DNA of 63,907 nucleotides, the filler included, from Chiloscyllium plagiosum (Eukaryota), in NCBI RefSeq assembly GCF_004010195.1. It is 4 parts of one record of this genome, joined end to end, with 100 filler letters (N's around TTAATTAATTAA, not from the genome) between each part and the next. Parts side by side here need not be neighbours in the genome. Positions count along the whole stretch, not along the records: positions 50,213 to 63,907 come from NC_057711.1; 3 more parts are not named here. One strand, given 5' to 3'. Both the position numbers and the translations under genes were made by a program. Within the stretch, counting starts at the first letter, position 1. Every line of letters begins with the position of its first letter. This document shows positions 51,959-63,907 of the stretch, piece after piece. The notes beneath the pieces are model-generated. The model saw only the letters and a program-made list of their open reading frames with translations, made no database searches and was not told the origin of the DNA.

Positions 51959-53660
51959 CAATCTGTTATTTCAAAAGTATTTAAGTCATCCTAATCTTCT
52001 GTAAACAGAACTCACGTCATAAACCAAATTGTACTCAGGGCAAGACAAGCCGTTATCATGGCTGATGGATACGAACTGATCCTCTGATCTCTTTTTGTGT
52101 CCCCCCAGAAATGTGAGAAAAATATAAAGTGGTGAAGGAAAAGGGAGGTAGGTCACCAGGACGGACAGGATGGAATTCCCGAAAATTAACAAGGAAATTG
52201 CTGAGGGGGGAGGTTCGGTTCAGAAACTTCAATGTTTCTATTCGACTAAGTTGGGTCATGTGCATTCGGAATGTTGGAAGGTGTGAGGAAAATCTATGGA
52301 ACTTCTAGGAGTCGGCAAAGATGACAAGGGAGCACAATAAAGAGAATAACGTGGAGCACACTGTAGCTCTGACTATAACAAAAAGGCCAGAGGTGAGTTC
52401 TGTCATGAGTACAGTAATGTGTAAGGGAGATGAGAGGTTCCTTTTGTCGAAAGGGAAAGTGACTCCTTTCCTTCAGGTGAGGTAGCTAAACCCTTAACTA
52501 TATTAAGAGATACAGGGACAACATAAACCCTTTTACTGGAGAAAGGATTGCTTTTCCTCCAGTGAGTTTGATGGGAGCCAAGGTTAACAAATGTGATTGG
52601 TGGAGAATATTTTCCTGTTTCATTATATAAAATAAATTGGAAAGTGCTTTTTCAGGAGACGTTCTTATTGGAGTCGTAAAGATATTACCGATTGAGGGAG
52701 TAGACCGACTGCTGGAGAATAATTTGGCCGGACTGAAGGTAATAGTTTTGCTCAGAATTACAGAATATCTAAAGGACATTCAAAAGACAAAATAATTATG
52801 GATCAAGTTCTTGGTATCTTTGCTTTGTGTGGAGTAACCAGAGGGATGATTAAACAAAATCCATCCAAACGGGTTGATGAGACCCCACAAGCAAGTGCAA
52901 GGATAGCTGAAACATTCCAGAGAGGTGAAGATATTGCAGGCGGAGTGCTGGGTTTGACATCCTGAGTTACAGACCAGAAAACAGATCCTGAATTAAACAG
53001 TGCAGCCAATTCATACTGAGGCAGAGGCTGAAGGAGCTCCAGTGTGTTATTATCTTCAGAAAGGGGAACCAGTGAGGAAGTGGAGGCTGTATCTGAAGGA
53101 TGGTTAGTTGTACATCAGATAGTGACACCACAATTTTGTAAAATGTGTTATTATGTCAAGTTGGAGGTAAAACTCAATATGTGATTAAACTAGCACTCCG
53201 ATTCTTACACCGGTTTATAAGGAACCATTCGGTCATGTACTGGTGGGTTTTATAGGACCATTACTGAAATCAAAGGCTGGAAGTGAATATTTTCTTATCA
53301 TTCTGGCTGTGACAACTGGATTTTTAGAGACTATTCTCTTTCAAACAATCAGAATTGCAGTGGTAGTGACAAACACTCGCAGAGCTTTTCATTGTTAGGG
53401 TCCACCAATCCCGAAGCACAATTTAATCAAGGATCAGACTTCATGACAAAACGTTGTCACGGTAACATCAGTAATTTGGGGATTAAACAACAAAAATTGA
53501 CTGTGTACTATCTACAAATCCAAAGTGCTTTGGTCACAGATTACTGAACTCTCAAAATCATGATCAAAACCAATTGTAATGGGAGTCCAAATGATTGAGA
53601 CAAAGGCTGAGATTTTCTCTTCTCAAAAGGGTTAGCAAGAGCATGTAGAGTTACATGGAA

Positions 53661-54125
53661 CAGCACAGCACAGCACAGCACAGCACAGCACAGCACAGCA
53701 CAGCACAGCACAGCACAGCACAGCACAGCACAGCACAGCACAGCACAGCACAGCACAGCACAGCACAGCACAGCACAGCACAGCACAGCACAGCACAGCA
53801 CAGCACAGCACAGCACAGCACAGCACAGCACAGCACAGCACAGCACAGCACAGCACAGCACAGCACAGCACAGCACAGCACAGCACAGCACAGCACAGCA
53901 CAGCACAGCACAGCACAGCACAGCACAGCACAGCACAGCACAGCACAGCACAGCACAGCACAGCACAGCACAGCACAGCACAGCACAGCACAGCACAGCA
54001 CAGCACAGCACAGCACAGCACAGCACAGCACAGCACAGCACAGCACAGCACAGCACAGCACAGCACAGCACAGCACAGCACAGCACAGCACAGCACAGCA
54101 CAGCACAGCACAGCACAGCACAGCA
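53661..54125. repeat. Perfect (CAGCA)93 pentanucleotide microsatellite
   Basis: 465 bp with no visible interruption, inside the tail of a minus-strand CR1 (53650-54590). Confidence 0.97.
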
Positions 54126-55428
54126 CAGGCCATTCAGCCCTCAATGATGTGTCAACCTTTTATCCTCTTCTAAGATCAAACTGACCTGCATACTTTTCAT
54201 TTTACTATCATCCATGTGCCTATCCAAAACTTGCTTAAATGTCCCTAATGTATCTGACTCTACTACCACCACTGGTGTATTCCAAGCACCCACCACTTTC
54301 TGTGTAAGGAACCTACCTCTGACATCTCAACTAAACCTTCTTCCAATTGTCTTAAAATTATGCCTCCACATGATAGCCATTTCCATCCTGAGAAACAATC
54401 TCTGGCTAACCACTCTATCTGTGCCTCTCATCATCCTGCACACCTCTATCAAGTCACCTCTCGTCCTTCTTCACTCCAATGAGAAAAGGCCTAACTCCCT
54501 CAAACTTTCTTCATAAGAGATGCCCTTCGGTCCAGACAGCATTCTGTTAAGTATCCTCTTCAACCTCTCGAAAGCTTCCACATCCTTCTCTGGGCCGTCA
54601 CTGGCTGTATAGCATTTATTGCCCATCTTGAAGTCTTTGGTACAACTGAATGGCTTTGTTGGCCATTTCAGAACACAGTGTGTGGATCTGGATTCACATG
54701 TAGGCCAGACCAGGTTAGGATTGCAGATTTCCTTCCCTGAAGGACATCAGTGTATCAGATGGGTTTTTCTGACAATCACCAATGTTTCATGGCCATCGGT
54801 AGATTCTTTGTTTCATTTTGTTTGAATGAACTCACATTCTACCATCTGCCATGCCAGGGTTCAAACCCAGATCCCCAGAACATGAGCTGAGTTTCTAAAT
54901 GAATAGTCTAGCAATAATCCCACTAGGCCACTGCCGCCATTGCCTCCCCTTAAAGTGGGCCAGATAAACATATAAGAAGAATTTTTAAAGGAGGAGATGA
55001 AGTTGTGCTACTGTTTCTGTTAGAAGGTGAATCATTTAAAGCAAAATGTAGTGTTTCCCTTCAAGGTAATTAAAAGGGTTAGTTAGGGAACATAGTCAGT
55101 TGATTCTCCTGATTGTAGGAAAAGCATCAATTGTTGTTCACTTGGATGATGTTGTAATACATAGTACAACATGGAAAATTACAACATTTTACAAATATTC
55201 CACAGCTACAGTCAGCTGGGTTTGTGTTAAATCGGGGAACAAGTGAATTTGCGAAAGCCAAGGTGATGTTGTGGGATGTGTGTGGGACAAGGACAGGTGT
55301 CACACAGAACAGGAAAAACAAAAGCTTTCATTGACTTTCACACAAAATGAGAGAAAATGAGGCTTTTGGGCACGTGTGGATTTTATCAAAATTTCAATTT
55401 AAGTTTCGGACAATAGACGCACCCTTGA

Positions 55429-58426
55429 TGTATTGATTAGAAGGAGGTCAGCCAGGTGGACCTCATAGAATATGAGTTCCCTGATTGGGGCTGTTAATCT
55501 GGTCTAATCAAGGAGCCCTGGCTGACAGACATAAACAGGAGTGTCAAATATCCTGTTCATTCTGAAAGCTGGCTCTCAGGGAGGATCAGTGTGAAGGACT
55601 TTCCACAAAGGGTGACTTGGTGAGGGATGCCAGTGTCTGTGGAGATATTTCAGTGGTGTTGAGAGATAAGTATGCTCCTGGCAATTCAAGAACCAGGGGA
55701 ATCCATATCAGGATTTTTTACTGGGCTAAGACAACTGGAAGTAGCATGTGACTTTGGTTTAACCCTTAAGGAGGTGTTGAGAGACCATTTGGTATTTGGG
55801 ATTAATGATGTAACCATGCAAAAGCACCTACCAGCTGAAGCCCAACTGGACTTCAAAGTGCACGACAACTGGCTTTATCATGGAAAATATGGCAAGTGGG
55901 GCAAACGAGTTGCAAGGCATCCTGATGGAAATGAACCCCCTCACCAGGCCGATTGAGCTTGGGGAACACTACTTGAGTGAAGGCAATTGCGTAGCCTCAC
56001 TCAGGGCATTCTCTGAACAGAGGGACTCACGATCAGCCCACAGCAAAACCCCAGAACAAAGCCAGGCCTCAGCCAAACAATTAAAATTGTCTTCAGGATC
56101 CGGGCCAACAGGCCACTATAGTTGTTGCCGGTATTCAACTCGAAACAGCAAAAGAGTCCCACTGGACCTAAACTGGGTAAGAGAGCTCATAGTCCAGTAT
56201 CCAGGAGAGTGCACACCTTGGGAAAATCCACCTACATCTGGTTTGGAACAGTTACGTTTATTGGCAACATCTAAATCAGAACCAATCAAAATAAACATCT
56301 GGTTAAACGGTCACCCGCTTCTAATGGAGCCTGAAATTGGTGTGGGCCCACTGGACCTAAACAGGGTAAGAGAGGTCATAGTCCAGTATCCAGGAGAGTG
56401 CACACCTTGGGAAAATCCACCTACATCTGGTTTGGAACAGTTACGTTTATTGGCAACATCCAAATCAGAACCAATCAAAATAAACATCTGGTTAAACGGT
56501 CACCCGCTTCTAATGGAGCCCCATACTGGTGTGGGTGTTTCAGTGATGCCAGAACCAGTGTTTAACATTATTCACTCTGGACTCCAACCCTTAAGTTTGT
56601 GCAAGACCTCAGCTAGACTAACAAGTTACACTGGGTAACCTTTACAGATTAAGGGCCTCCTATGAGAACCAGTTGGTTCAGTTGCCACTGACTATAGTAT
56701 GCAGCAAGCTTGATGGGGCTAAAATTGGTTGAGAATGATTCACCTAGATTGGCTCAATATTCTCCAATTGGAAAATGGCTGCCTGAGTCTGAATGAAATA
56801 CTTGACATTTTTCAGGAAGCTCTCGGGACTATCAGGGGAGACAAGGCCACTGTGCATGTTGACCAGGAAGTAATTCCAGAAGGCTGAAAGGCCCAGCCAG
56901 TGCCATTTGCCTCAAATTGGAGGCAGAAATCAGAGGGCTGGAAAGCAAAGGAAGCATCAGACCAGTGCAGTTTACAGAACAGGCAGCCCCGGTCATACCA
57001 GCCATTCGTGAGGATGTTAAACAAATGGTAAACAGCTTTTCACAGCTGGATAAATACCCAATCCCTCGCAGTGAGGTATATTCACAAAGCTGGAAGGGGG
57101 CACTGTCCTTCATGAAGCTGGACATGACCCGTGTGTATTTGTAATTGCAGTTAGATGAGGATTCCCAGAAATATTCTACAATTAATACCCATAAAGGTTA
57201 GTACCAATACACAATACTGCCATTTGGAGTAACATTAGCCTGGGTAGTTTTTCAGCGGACAATGGAGAACATGTTACAAGGTCGACCCACATGGTGGCAT
57301 TTATCAAGATGACATGCAAATACCAGGGAAGATTAACAAGGACCACTTAAAGAACTTGGACACAGTCCTTAGATGCAGCAGGTCAGGCAGCATCCAAGGA
57401 ACAGGAAAATCTTCTTCAGGCTTATGCCCGAAACATCGATTCTCCTGTTCCTTGGATGCTGCCTGACCTGCTGCGCTTTTCCAGCAACACATTTTCAGCT
57501 CTGATCTCCAGCATCTGCAGCCCTCACTTTCTCCACAGTCCTTAGATGTTTCTTCCAGGTGACCATGTACCTTAGAAGGGAAAAATGTGAATTCCAGGCA
57601 CCCCAAGGGACCTACTTAGGCTCCATAGCCAACAAGACCAGGTCACACCTATGGAAGATAAAGTGAGAGCAAACAATTGCGCCCTGGTGTCATCTGACTT
57701 CTGACCTTCTTCAGGGGATGAAGTTTGGTTGAGGAACCACAGGAATGGCTCTGCATGGGTAAGCTCCATGGTCAACACGAGGTCAGATCCTGTGACGTAT
57801 AAAGTTCTGGTCGGTCCAATGGTCCTGAACAAGGACATGGACCATGTGAAAGCTGCAAACTCACAAACAGTGCAGAAACAATCCATGCCCGGCTCCTTGG
57901 CAGTGTTTCTAATTGTTCGGGAACCCGTGCATTCTGCCTGTCCATCAGGCTTTGAAGTTCCTTCGGAATCTGAAATGGACACAGCGGATGTCGCTGCCTC
58001 AGTGCCTTTGACACCTGGAGAGGAGAAGGAATTTCTTCCAAGACAATCCAGGCACAAGAGGTGAGCAGCTGGGTGTTCCACACCGCCCATATCGGGGGCA
58101 GAGTTGGAGGGACCTGACCCAGTGCTCAAACATCCCAGTAGGAGCTACAAAGAAAGGAACTGGCTTCTGTCCTTGGATTCAGGCAGGGAAGGATGGAGTG
58201 ATTGTAACGAGGTCAGTCAGTGCACCTTATAGAATATCATTCCCCGACCGGGGCTGTTAATCTGGGCCAATCAGGGACACCTGGCTGACTGATAAAACAG
58301 GAATGTCAGAGGTTCTGTTCACTCTGAGAGCTGGCTCTGAGGGAGCTGGATCAGTGTCATGGATTCTCCAGATGTAAATAAAGGGGGGACTTCATGATGG
58401 ATACCAGCCTCTGTGGAGTTATTTCA
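55429..58426 (+). mobile_element. Mag-clade Gypsy element with both LTRs (55429-55652, 58194-58426) and 5-bp TSD CTTGA; internally deleted
   Basis: TG...CA LTRs; TSD at 55424-55428 and 58427-58431; gag EPGESI...LRDHLVFGI; protease WLNGHPLLME; RT DKYPIP, FMKLDM; PPT aggcagggaagga. Confidence 0.92.
56158..56535 (+). repeat. In-frame 189-bp tandem duplication at the Mag gag/protease junction
   Basis: 63-aa unit PLDLN...HPLLMEP..GVG occurs twice in ORF 55880-56638. Confidence 0.95.
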
Positions 58427-60321
58427 CTTGACTAATTTGTTACAAAAATGAATAAAGATGGAATGGTCTATGGAATGATCCCAGGCAGCCTTCGAAAAAC
58501 GAAAAGTAATTTGAACAACTGAATCTGTATTAAGTGCATTGAAGTGTAATGGACCATTTCAATTAGCAGGAGATGTTAGTGATTTGGGGATTAGAGCAGC
58601 TCTCTTACAGGACGATGAGGCTGGAATGGAGAGGCCTATGGCCTATCTTTCTAAAACGTGGAACCAATATCAGAAATGCTGCTTGACTATAGAAAAGGAA
58701 GCATTGTGATCAGTTTTTCAACACTTTGAAGATTATGTTTGACATGGAAACACTGAGACTGTGTGCTTTTTCATGATCATAATCTGCTTACTTTTGGACA
58801 ATAAATTAAAACTAAGACTTCAATGTTGTGTAGATGGAGCTTAGATTTGCAGCTGTCTAAAATAAAAGTTATACATATTGTTGGGAAAGAAAAACTAATT
58901 GCTGATGCTTTATCCTGAATGTTCACAGTGGTCTGGCAGGCTAAAAACCAAGGCTGGATGAAATATGTCCCAAGTTCTTGTATTAGGCAAGAGGGAAAAT
59001 AGTCAGGATGTTTGCTGAACATTTTGAATTATTCTCTGGCTTCCCTCCAGTCTTACTACACCTCTCCTGTAGCCAATGTGGTACCCCAATTCAAAAAGGG
59101 AGCAAAGGATAAACCAAGTAACTACAGTCCAGTCAGTCTCACCTCAGGAGGGGGAATCAATTGGAAGCAATTTTCAGGGACACAATTAATCTACAGTTGG
59201 AGAGGGAGTGATGTACCAAAAACAGACAGCATGGTTTTGTTAAAGAGAGGGAGTCAGAAGACAGGAAAATATAGGCCGGTTCACCTGACCTCAGTCATTC
59301 GTGAGATTTTAGTCTCTATATTATTAAGAATAAGATTGCAGAGCACTTGGAAGTGCATGGTGAAATTCACCTGGGTCAACATGATTTTGTTAAGGGGACG
59401 TCATGCCTGGCAAATCTGTTAGAATTCTTCACGATAGTAACAAATAAGTTATACTAAGGACAGCCAGTGGATATGGTCTATTTGGGAGGTTGCAGAAGGA
59501 TTGGACAGGATACAATACTGGGCGAAGAAGTTACCATTGGTTGATAATGGGGAAATGTGAAGAGTTTTGTACTTTGTTTGGAAGAAAAGAGTTGTAGATT
59601 TTGGAGTCCTGGTTCAGGATTCACTTAAGGACAGCATGCAGGTTCACTTGGCAGTTAGGAAGGCAAATGCAACATCAGCATTCATTTTGATAGAGCTAGA
59701 ATATAAGAGTCTGAGATGGTAAGAAGATATAGATGAGCTGGTCTGATAGATGGAGCAGTTACAAATGGAATTCAGTGTGGATATATATGAGATGATGCGC
59801 TTGGGCAGGACAAACAAGGCAAGGGAAGACATGATGAACAACAGCACCTTGAAAAGCACAGAGGATGAGAGGGACCTTGGTACATATGTACTGGTTAATT
59901 AACTTCGCAGCACAGGAGGATAAAGTGGTTAGAAAGGCATATGGAAGATTTGCCTTTATTATTGTCACTTCTCAGTCAGTTCTGTCCCAGTATCTCTCTG
60001 AAACCTGGGTGTGCCTGCAGTATTCTGTACCTCCCCTCACTCTCTGGAAGGTCACATGAGTTTCTGTGGGCTCTGTCCCACACGGAGCTCAGATGGGAAT
60101 GTTTTGGCAGCTTCAGGTAAGCGATGCTATCCTGCCTTCATTTTTTCAGAAAGCCAATCATTTTTCCCTGATGAAGAAACCACAGTGAAGGAAAAGGCTC
60201 ATTGTGCTGAACAGCAACAGCTTTGGGAAATAAATACCAGGCAGCAGACGGGTCATCAAGGAGGAAGCAAATCCATGATTAACAAAATAGATTTGAAAGG
60301 TCAGTGTTAGAAAATACTTAG

Positions 60322-60385
60322 TGTTTCCCTGTATCGAGACTGACAGGAGGACTGCAGAAACACACACATAGAGAGACCTCACCAT
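60322..60385 (-). pseudogene. Candidate leader exon, copy 3: MVRSLYVCVSAVLLSVSIQGN, donor mutated to CTAAGT
   Basis: Same frame as copies 1 and 2; GT>CT at the donor. Confidence 0.4.
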
Positions 60386-60721
60386 CAATACTCCAGCATT
60401 TCACCCTTCTCACTCGATTCCTCTTGTCCTTTTACAAAAATCTACAGAAAGGACTTGACTTCCTGCGCACTGCCAAAGGAATGTTGATCAATCTTACATG
60501 AAAGGAACCAGAAAGGGAAGTCTGTGTACAGTCAGTAGCAGCTGAGAGAATGAAAAGACTGTTTTGAAAGTGAGGCACCAACCATAGCCACTCCAGAAAA
60601 GGAAATATTGCATTAGTTTCCAATAAATTTCTCAAAATCCTCAGTCCCAACATCAAATACTCTGAGAACTGGGGAAGCACTGGATTAAATACACAGTAAA
60701 GCTCCTCTGCACATTCCTGCC

Positions 60722-61020
60722 AGCACGGTGGCTCAGTGGTTAGCACTGCTGCTTCACAGCGCCAGGGACCTGATTCAATTCCACCCTTTGGCAACTGTAC
60801 AAACCCTACAGAGACATTCTCCCTATGTCAGCGTGGGTTTCCTCTGGGTGCTTTCATTTCCTCCCACAGTCCAGAGGTGTGCAGGTGAGGTGTATTCACC
60901 TCGGGAAATGCAGGGATAAGGGAAGGGATTGGATACAGGTGTGATGTCTTTCAGAAGGTCGGTGTTGGCTTGATGGGCCGAATGCCGTGCTTCCACGCTG
61001 TCGGGATACTATGATTCCAT
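60722..61020 (+). mobile_element. Diverged HE1-like SINE
   Basis: gcacggtggctcagtggttagcactgctg head. Confidence 0.8.
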
Positions 61021-61285
61021 GAGACATTGTCCCCATCGAATACTCTCAGGACAGGAACAGCACCGGATCAGATAAAGGATAATATGGATCCCTCTTTATT
61101 GCTGAAGAGAGAGGGACTGGAGACACAGATGCTGGCTGCTGTCCTAGCCCTTCTGAACTGAACACACCTCGTGGAGCTAAGGACTGACCCAGGACCAGAG
61201 GTCTCTGGCGAGTTCATCACCACTCTCATGTGTAAAAAGATGCACAGAGAGTCTGGGTTGTACTGACACTGCTGACATACACACA

Positions 61286-61448
61286 CAGAGGAAACTCAAT
61301 TATCCGGCATTCAATTATCCGAATTTCTGATTATCTGAACAAGATCGCAAAGACCTGATGCTTGGCTAAACTATGTCATCCACCATGAACAGATTCAATT
61401 AACAGAACGAAACACTCCCTGCCTGTGTCATTAGGATATTTATTTCTG
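61286..61448. mobile_element. Possible pogo/Tigger-type MITE
   Basis: cagaggaaactcaattatccg terminus with repeated attatcc motifs; absent from paralogous copies; right TIR degenerate. Confidence 0.5.
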
Positions 61449-62185
61449 ATGCATTTCGAACCAAATATGGAACTGAACAGAATGAGGTAGATTTGCAATA
61501 TCTGTTGTGGCTGCTGAAGCCAGGGTGTGGTTTGCATGTTATTTCTACAGTTCCCACAATTGCCTTCTCAATGCCCCAAAGCTTGGGGGCTGTTTCTTGT
61601 GTTTCTTTGGCTCAGTCCAAGCTGCACCAAGTTTTTTGGAGTATTTTTACCTGTCTCTGTCATTCCAGGAGGAAAATAGCCTGGGATAGAGCAGAAAGGG
61701 TCAAGACGGAGAGTGTGCTGCTGATCATTCGGTTCCTCATCCCTTATGTGGAGATCATCCTGACTCTGACTGCCCCGAGCAGGGCCAGGACAGATCGGAG
61801 GCTGCACCCGGCTGGGTATACCAGGAGCCCCTGAGAAAGGCTGTCTCCCTGACTCAACTGTGGATGGCTGACAACTGTAAGAAGCTTCCTGTGTCTGTGC
61901 AAAATGCTGAATGTGATTAGTGAGCATGAGATGGGCTGGAGGGCACCATCTTGGCCCACAATGACATTTTGAATTTAATTTTAAATTTGCTCTGAATTTT
62001 GTAACAATCCCCAAGTTATGGTTTGGTTCTTTATTTTTATTAGTTGTTTCAGAACCACAACTCCAAAGAAATGTTTCAGGATCAACTTGCTGACCTCCAG
62101 TCCCCACATCTGTAGTGATTGGAACCAGGTTGATCTCACTGACCACCAGGTCCTTGATTGGGATTGTTAACCCAGGCCAATCAGG

Positions 62186-62685
62186 NNNNNNNNNNNNNNN
62201 NNNNNNNNNNNNNNNNNNNNNNNNNNNNNNNNNNNNNNNNNNNNNNNNNNNNNNNNNNNNNNNNNNNNNNNNNNNNNNNNNNNNNNNNNNNNNNNNNNNN
62301 NNNNNNNNNNNNNNNNNNNNNNNNNNNNNNNNNNNNNNNNNNNNNNNNNNNNNNNNNNNNNNNNNNNNNNNNNNNNNNNNNNNNNNNNNNNNNNNNNNNN
62401 NNNNNNNNNNNNNNNNNNNNNNNNNNNNNNNNNNNNNNNNNNNNNNNNNNNNNNNNNNNNNNNNNNNNNNNNNNNNNNNNNNNNNNNNNNNNNNNNNNNN
62501 NNNNNNNNNNNNNNNNNNNNNNNNNNNNNNNNNNNNNNNNNNNNNNNNNNNNNNNNNNNNNNNNNNNNNNNNNNNNNNNNNNNNNNNNNNNNNNNNNNNN
62601 NNNNNNNNNNNNNNNNNNNNNNNNNNNNNNNNNNNNNNNNNNNNNNNNNNNNNNNNNNNNNNNNNNNNNNNNNNNNNNNNNNNNN
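62186..62685. other. 500-N assembly gap
   Basis: Seen directly. Confidence 0.99.
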
Positions 62686-63194
62686 CCTCTGTTCAAATGT
62701 AACAAGATCTGGACAATATCCAGGCATGGGCTGACAAGTGGCAAGTATCAATTACATCACATTAATGCAAAGCAACAATCATATCCAATAAGAGACAATC
62801 CAGCTATCACCCCTTGATATTTAATTGCATCAACATTGCTGAATCATCCACTGTCAACATCCTGGGGGTTATCTTTGGCCAGAAAGTCATTTGGACTTAC
62901 CACATAAACACAATGGCTCCAAGAGCAGGTCAGCTGCAAGTGACTCCCCAAAGCCTATTGTTATGAAGGTTCAGAGGTGTACTGTATCTTTAAGAGAAGT
63001 GAAGGACTTAGCAAGCACACAGAGTGCTGGAGAATTTACAATGTAACATGTGGTCCTGCAGCTAGCAGTACCTGGGTTGCTATGAGACAAAAACAAATAC
63101 AAATTTGGTCAATCAGTTTAAATTATGCCCCAAGATACGAAATTCCAATCAAGTTTGAATTTAGTATTTTGACAATATTAAAACCAATGCAACA

Positions 63195-63907
63195 GGGGGA
63201 TCCAAGATGGCGGCGATCCAGCAAGTCTGAGTCTATAGTGCTCCTCCCAAGACTTGGGCAAAGTGGGTCACCCACTCCCACCACACTCACCAAATTATTT
63301 AAAATAGCTGTTTAATTTGATTAGTTGCTTAGTATTAAATATAAACAATCTAATCTTTAGTAAAAATGACCAAAGGGAAGAGAGCCCGCAGCTCTCAGCA
63401 AGTAGGAACCCCTCCCCCACCCTCTCCAGCTGCAGCAGAGGCATCCACAGCCGCCCCGGGGGACTTACCTACAGTGGCAAACCTCGTGGAAATCATCTCC
63501 AAACTGGATTCGAAGATCGACGCTTTCATTGAAGAATCCCGAAGTTGATGGGACTCACTGTCGTCCGCGCTGCAAAAGCACGGCCGAGACATTAAGGAAA
63601 TTGAGCGCCGAGTCGGAGGGGCGGAGCTAAAGGCCGTGACCTCCGAAACTACAGCGCAATCGGCCGTGGATCAGGTCCGGACTCTCGAACAGCGAGTCTG
63701 GACCTTAGAGAATTACATTGACGACCTCGATAATCGAGGTCATTGAAAAAATATTTGTTTGCTGGGCCTTCCCGAACGGCGATAATCGAGGACATTGAAA
63801 AAATATTTGTTTGCTGGGCCTACCCGAACGGGAAGAGGAAGGCCAGCTTACAGCATTCCTGGAGCAGTGGCTGCCACAACTTTTAAATCTGGAAGCTGGA
63901 TCAGGCC
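63195..63907 (+). mobile_element. L1-clade LINE 5' end: 5' UTR and ORF1 (from 63366) with stops and a 52-bp tandem duplication
   Basis: gggggatccaagatggcggcg start (YY1-like CAAGATGGC); coiled-coil ORF1 ending IDDLDNRG..KNICLLGLPE, matching the L1 ORF1p DLENRSRRNN..G.PE motif; duplication at ~63729-63830. Confidence 0.88.

Larger units (their letters stand above)
50960..58920 (+). mobile_element. Second, older Gmr1-type Gypsy internal region (gag, PR, IN, RT end, RNase H) hosting nested inserts
   Basis: FMVFEKI...W...LTGK gag; integrase-like 53000-53620; IDAPL|TNLLQK split by the Mag insertion; LLQDDEAGMERPMAYLSK RNase H and LIADALS. Confidence 0.72.
58450..61920. repeat. Segmental duplication unit, copy 3
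   Basis: Colinear matches to 20390-21130, 24420-24990 and 25250-25870. Confidence 0.85.

Noticed and set aside
53541..54173. Long poly-(AVLCC) and poly-(STAQH) ORFs
   Set aside because: Translations of the stop-free CAGCA microsatellite.
60181..60219. RSS-like CACAGTG-23 bp-ACAGCAACA near the leader-like exon
   Set aside because: Nonamer matches only 6/9, the CAC is absent from copies 1 and 2, and no V (YYC) or J (F/W-G-x-G) segment is adjacent.
62115..62817. ORFs of 187-219 aa
   Set aside because: They run through the 500-N gap.
1..63907. CRISPR array or prokaryotic system; tRNA genes
   Set aside because: No regularly spaced repeat-spacer array, and the content is vertebrate retroelements. 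tRNA-like stretches are SINE heads or primer sites, not complete cloverleaves.

Overview
Eukaryotic, repeat-saturated DNA from a cartilaginous fish. HE1 SINEs, shark-type CR1 LINEs and the Penelope families present suggest a bamboo/carpet shark (inference). The window spans five contigs joined by four N gaps, three carrying an artificial TTAATTAATTAA linker. No intact host gene could be identified. Most of the sequence is nested, decayed retroelements: many CR1 LINEs (one near full length), HE1 and other tRNA-SINEs, Penelope-like elements with hammerhead-ribozyme cores, two Gmr1-type and two Mag-type Gypsy elements, two endogenous retroviruses (tRNA-Gln and tRNA-Ser primed, gamma-type env), and an L1 5' end. 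Highlights: (1) a full-length variant U1 snRNA copy; (2) a three-copy segmental duplication carrying a signal-peptide-like exon of an unidentified gene; (3) two split target-site duplications showing that contig 36164-50112 is reversed relative to its neighbour; (4) an ERV whose primer site copies about 36 nt of tRNA-Ser and jumps straight into RNase H; (5) hairpin Penelope-derived inserts that fold back at the ribozyme, one of which captured nearby genomic DNA.
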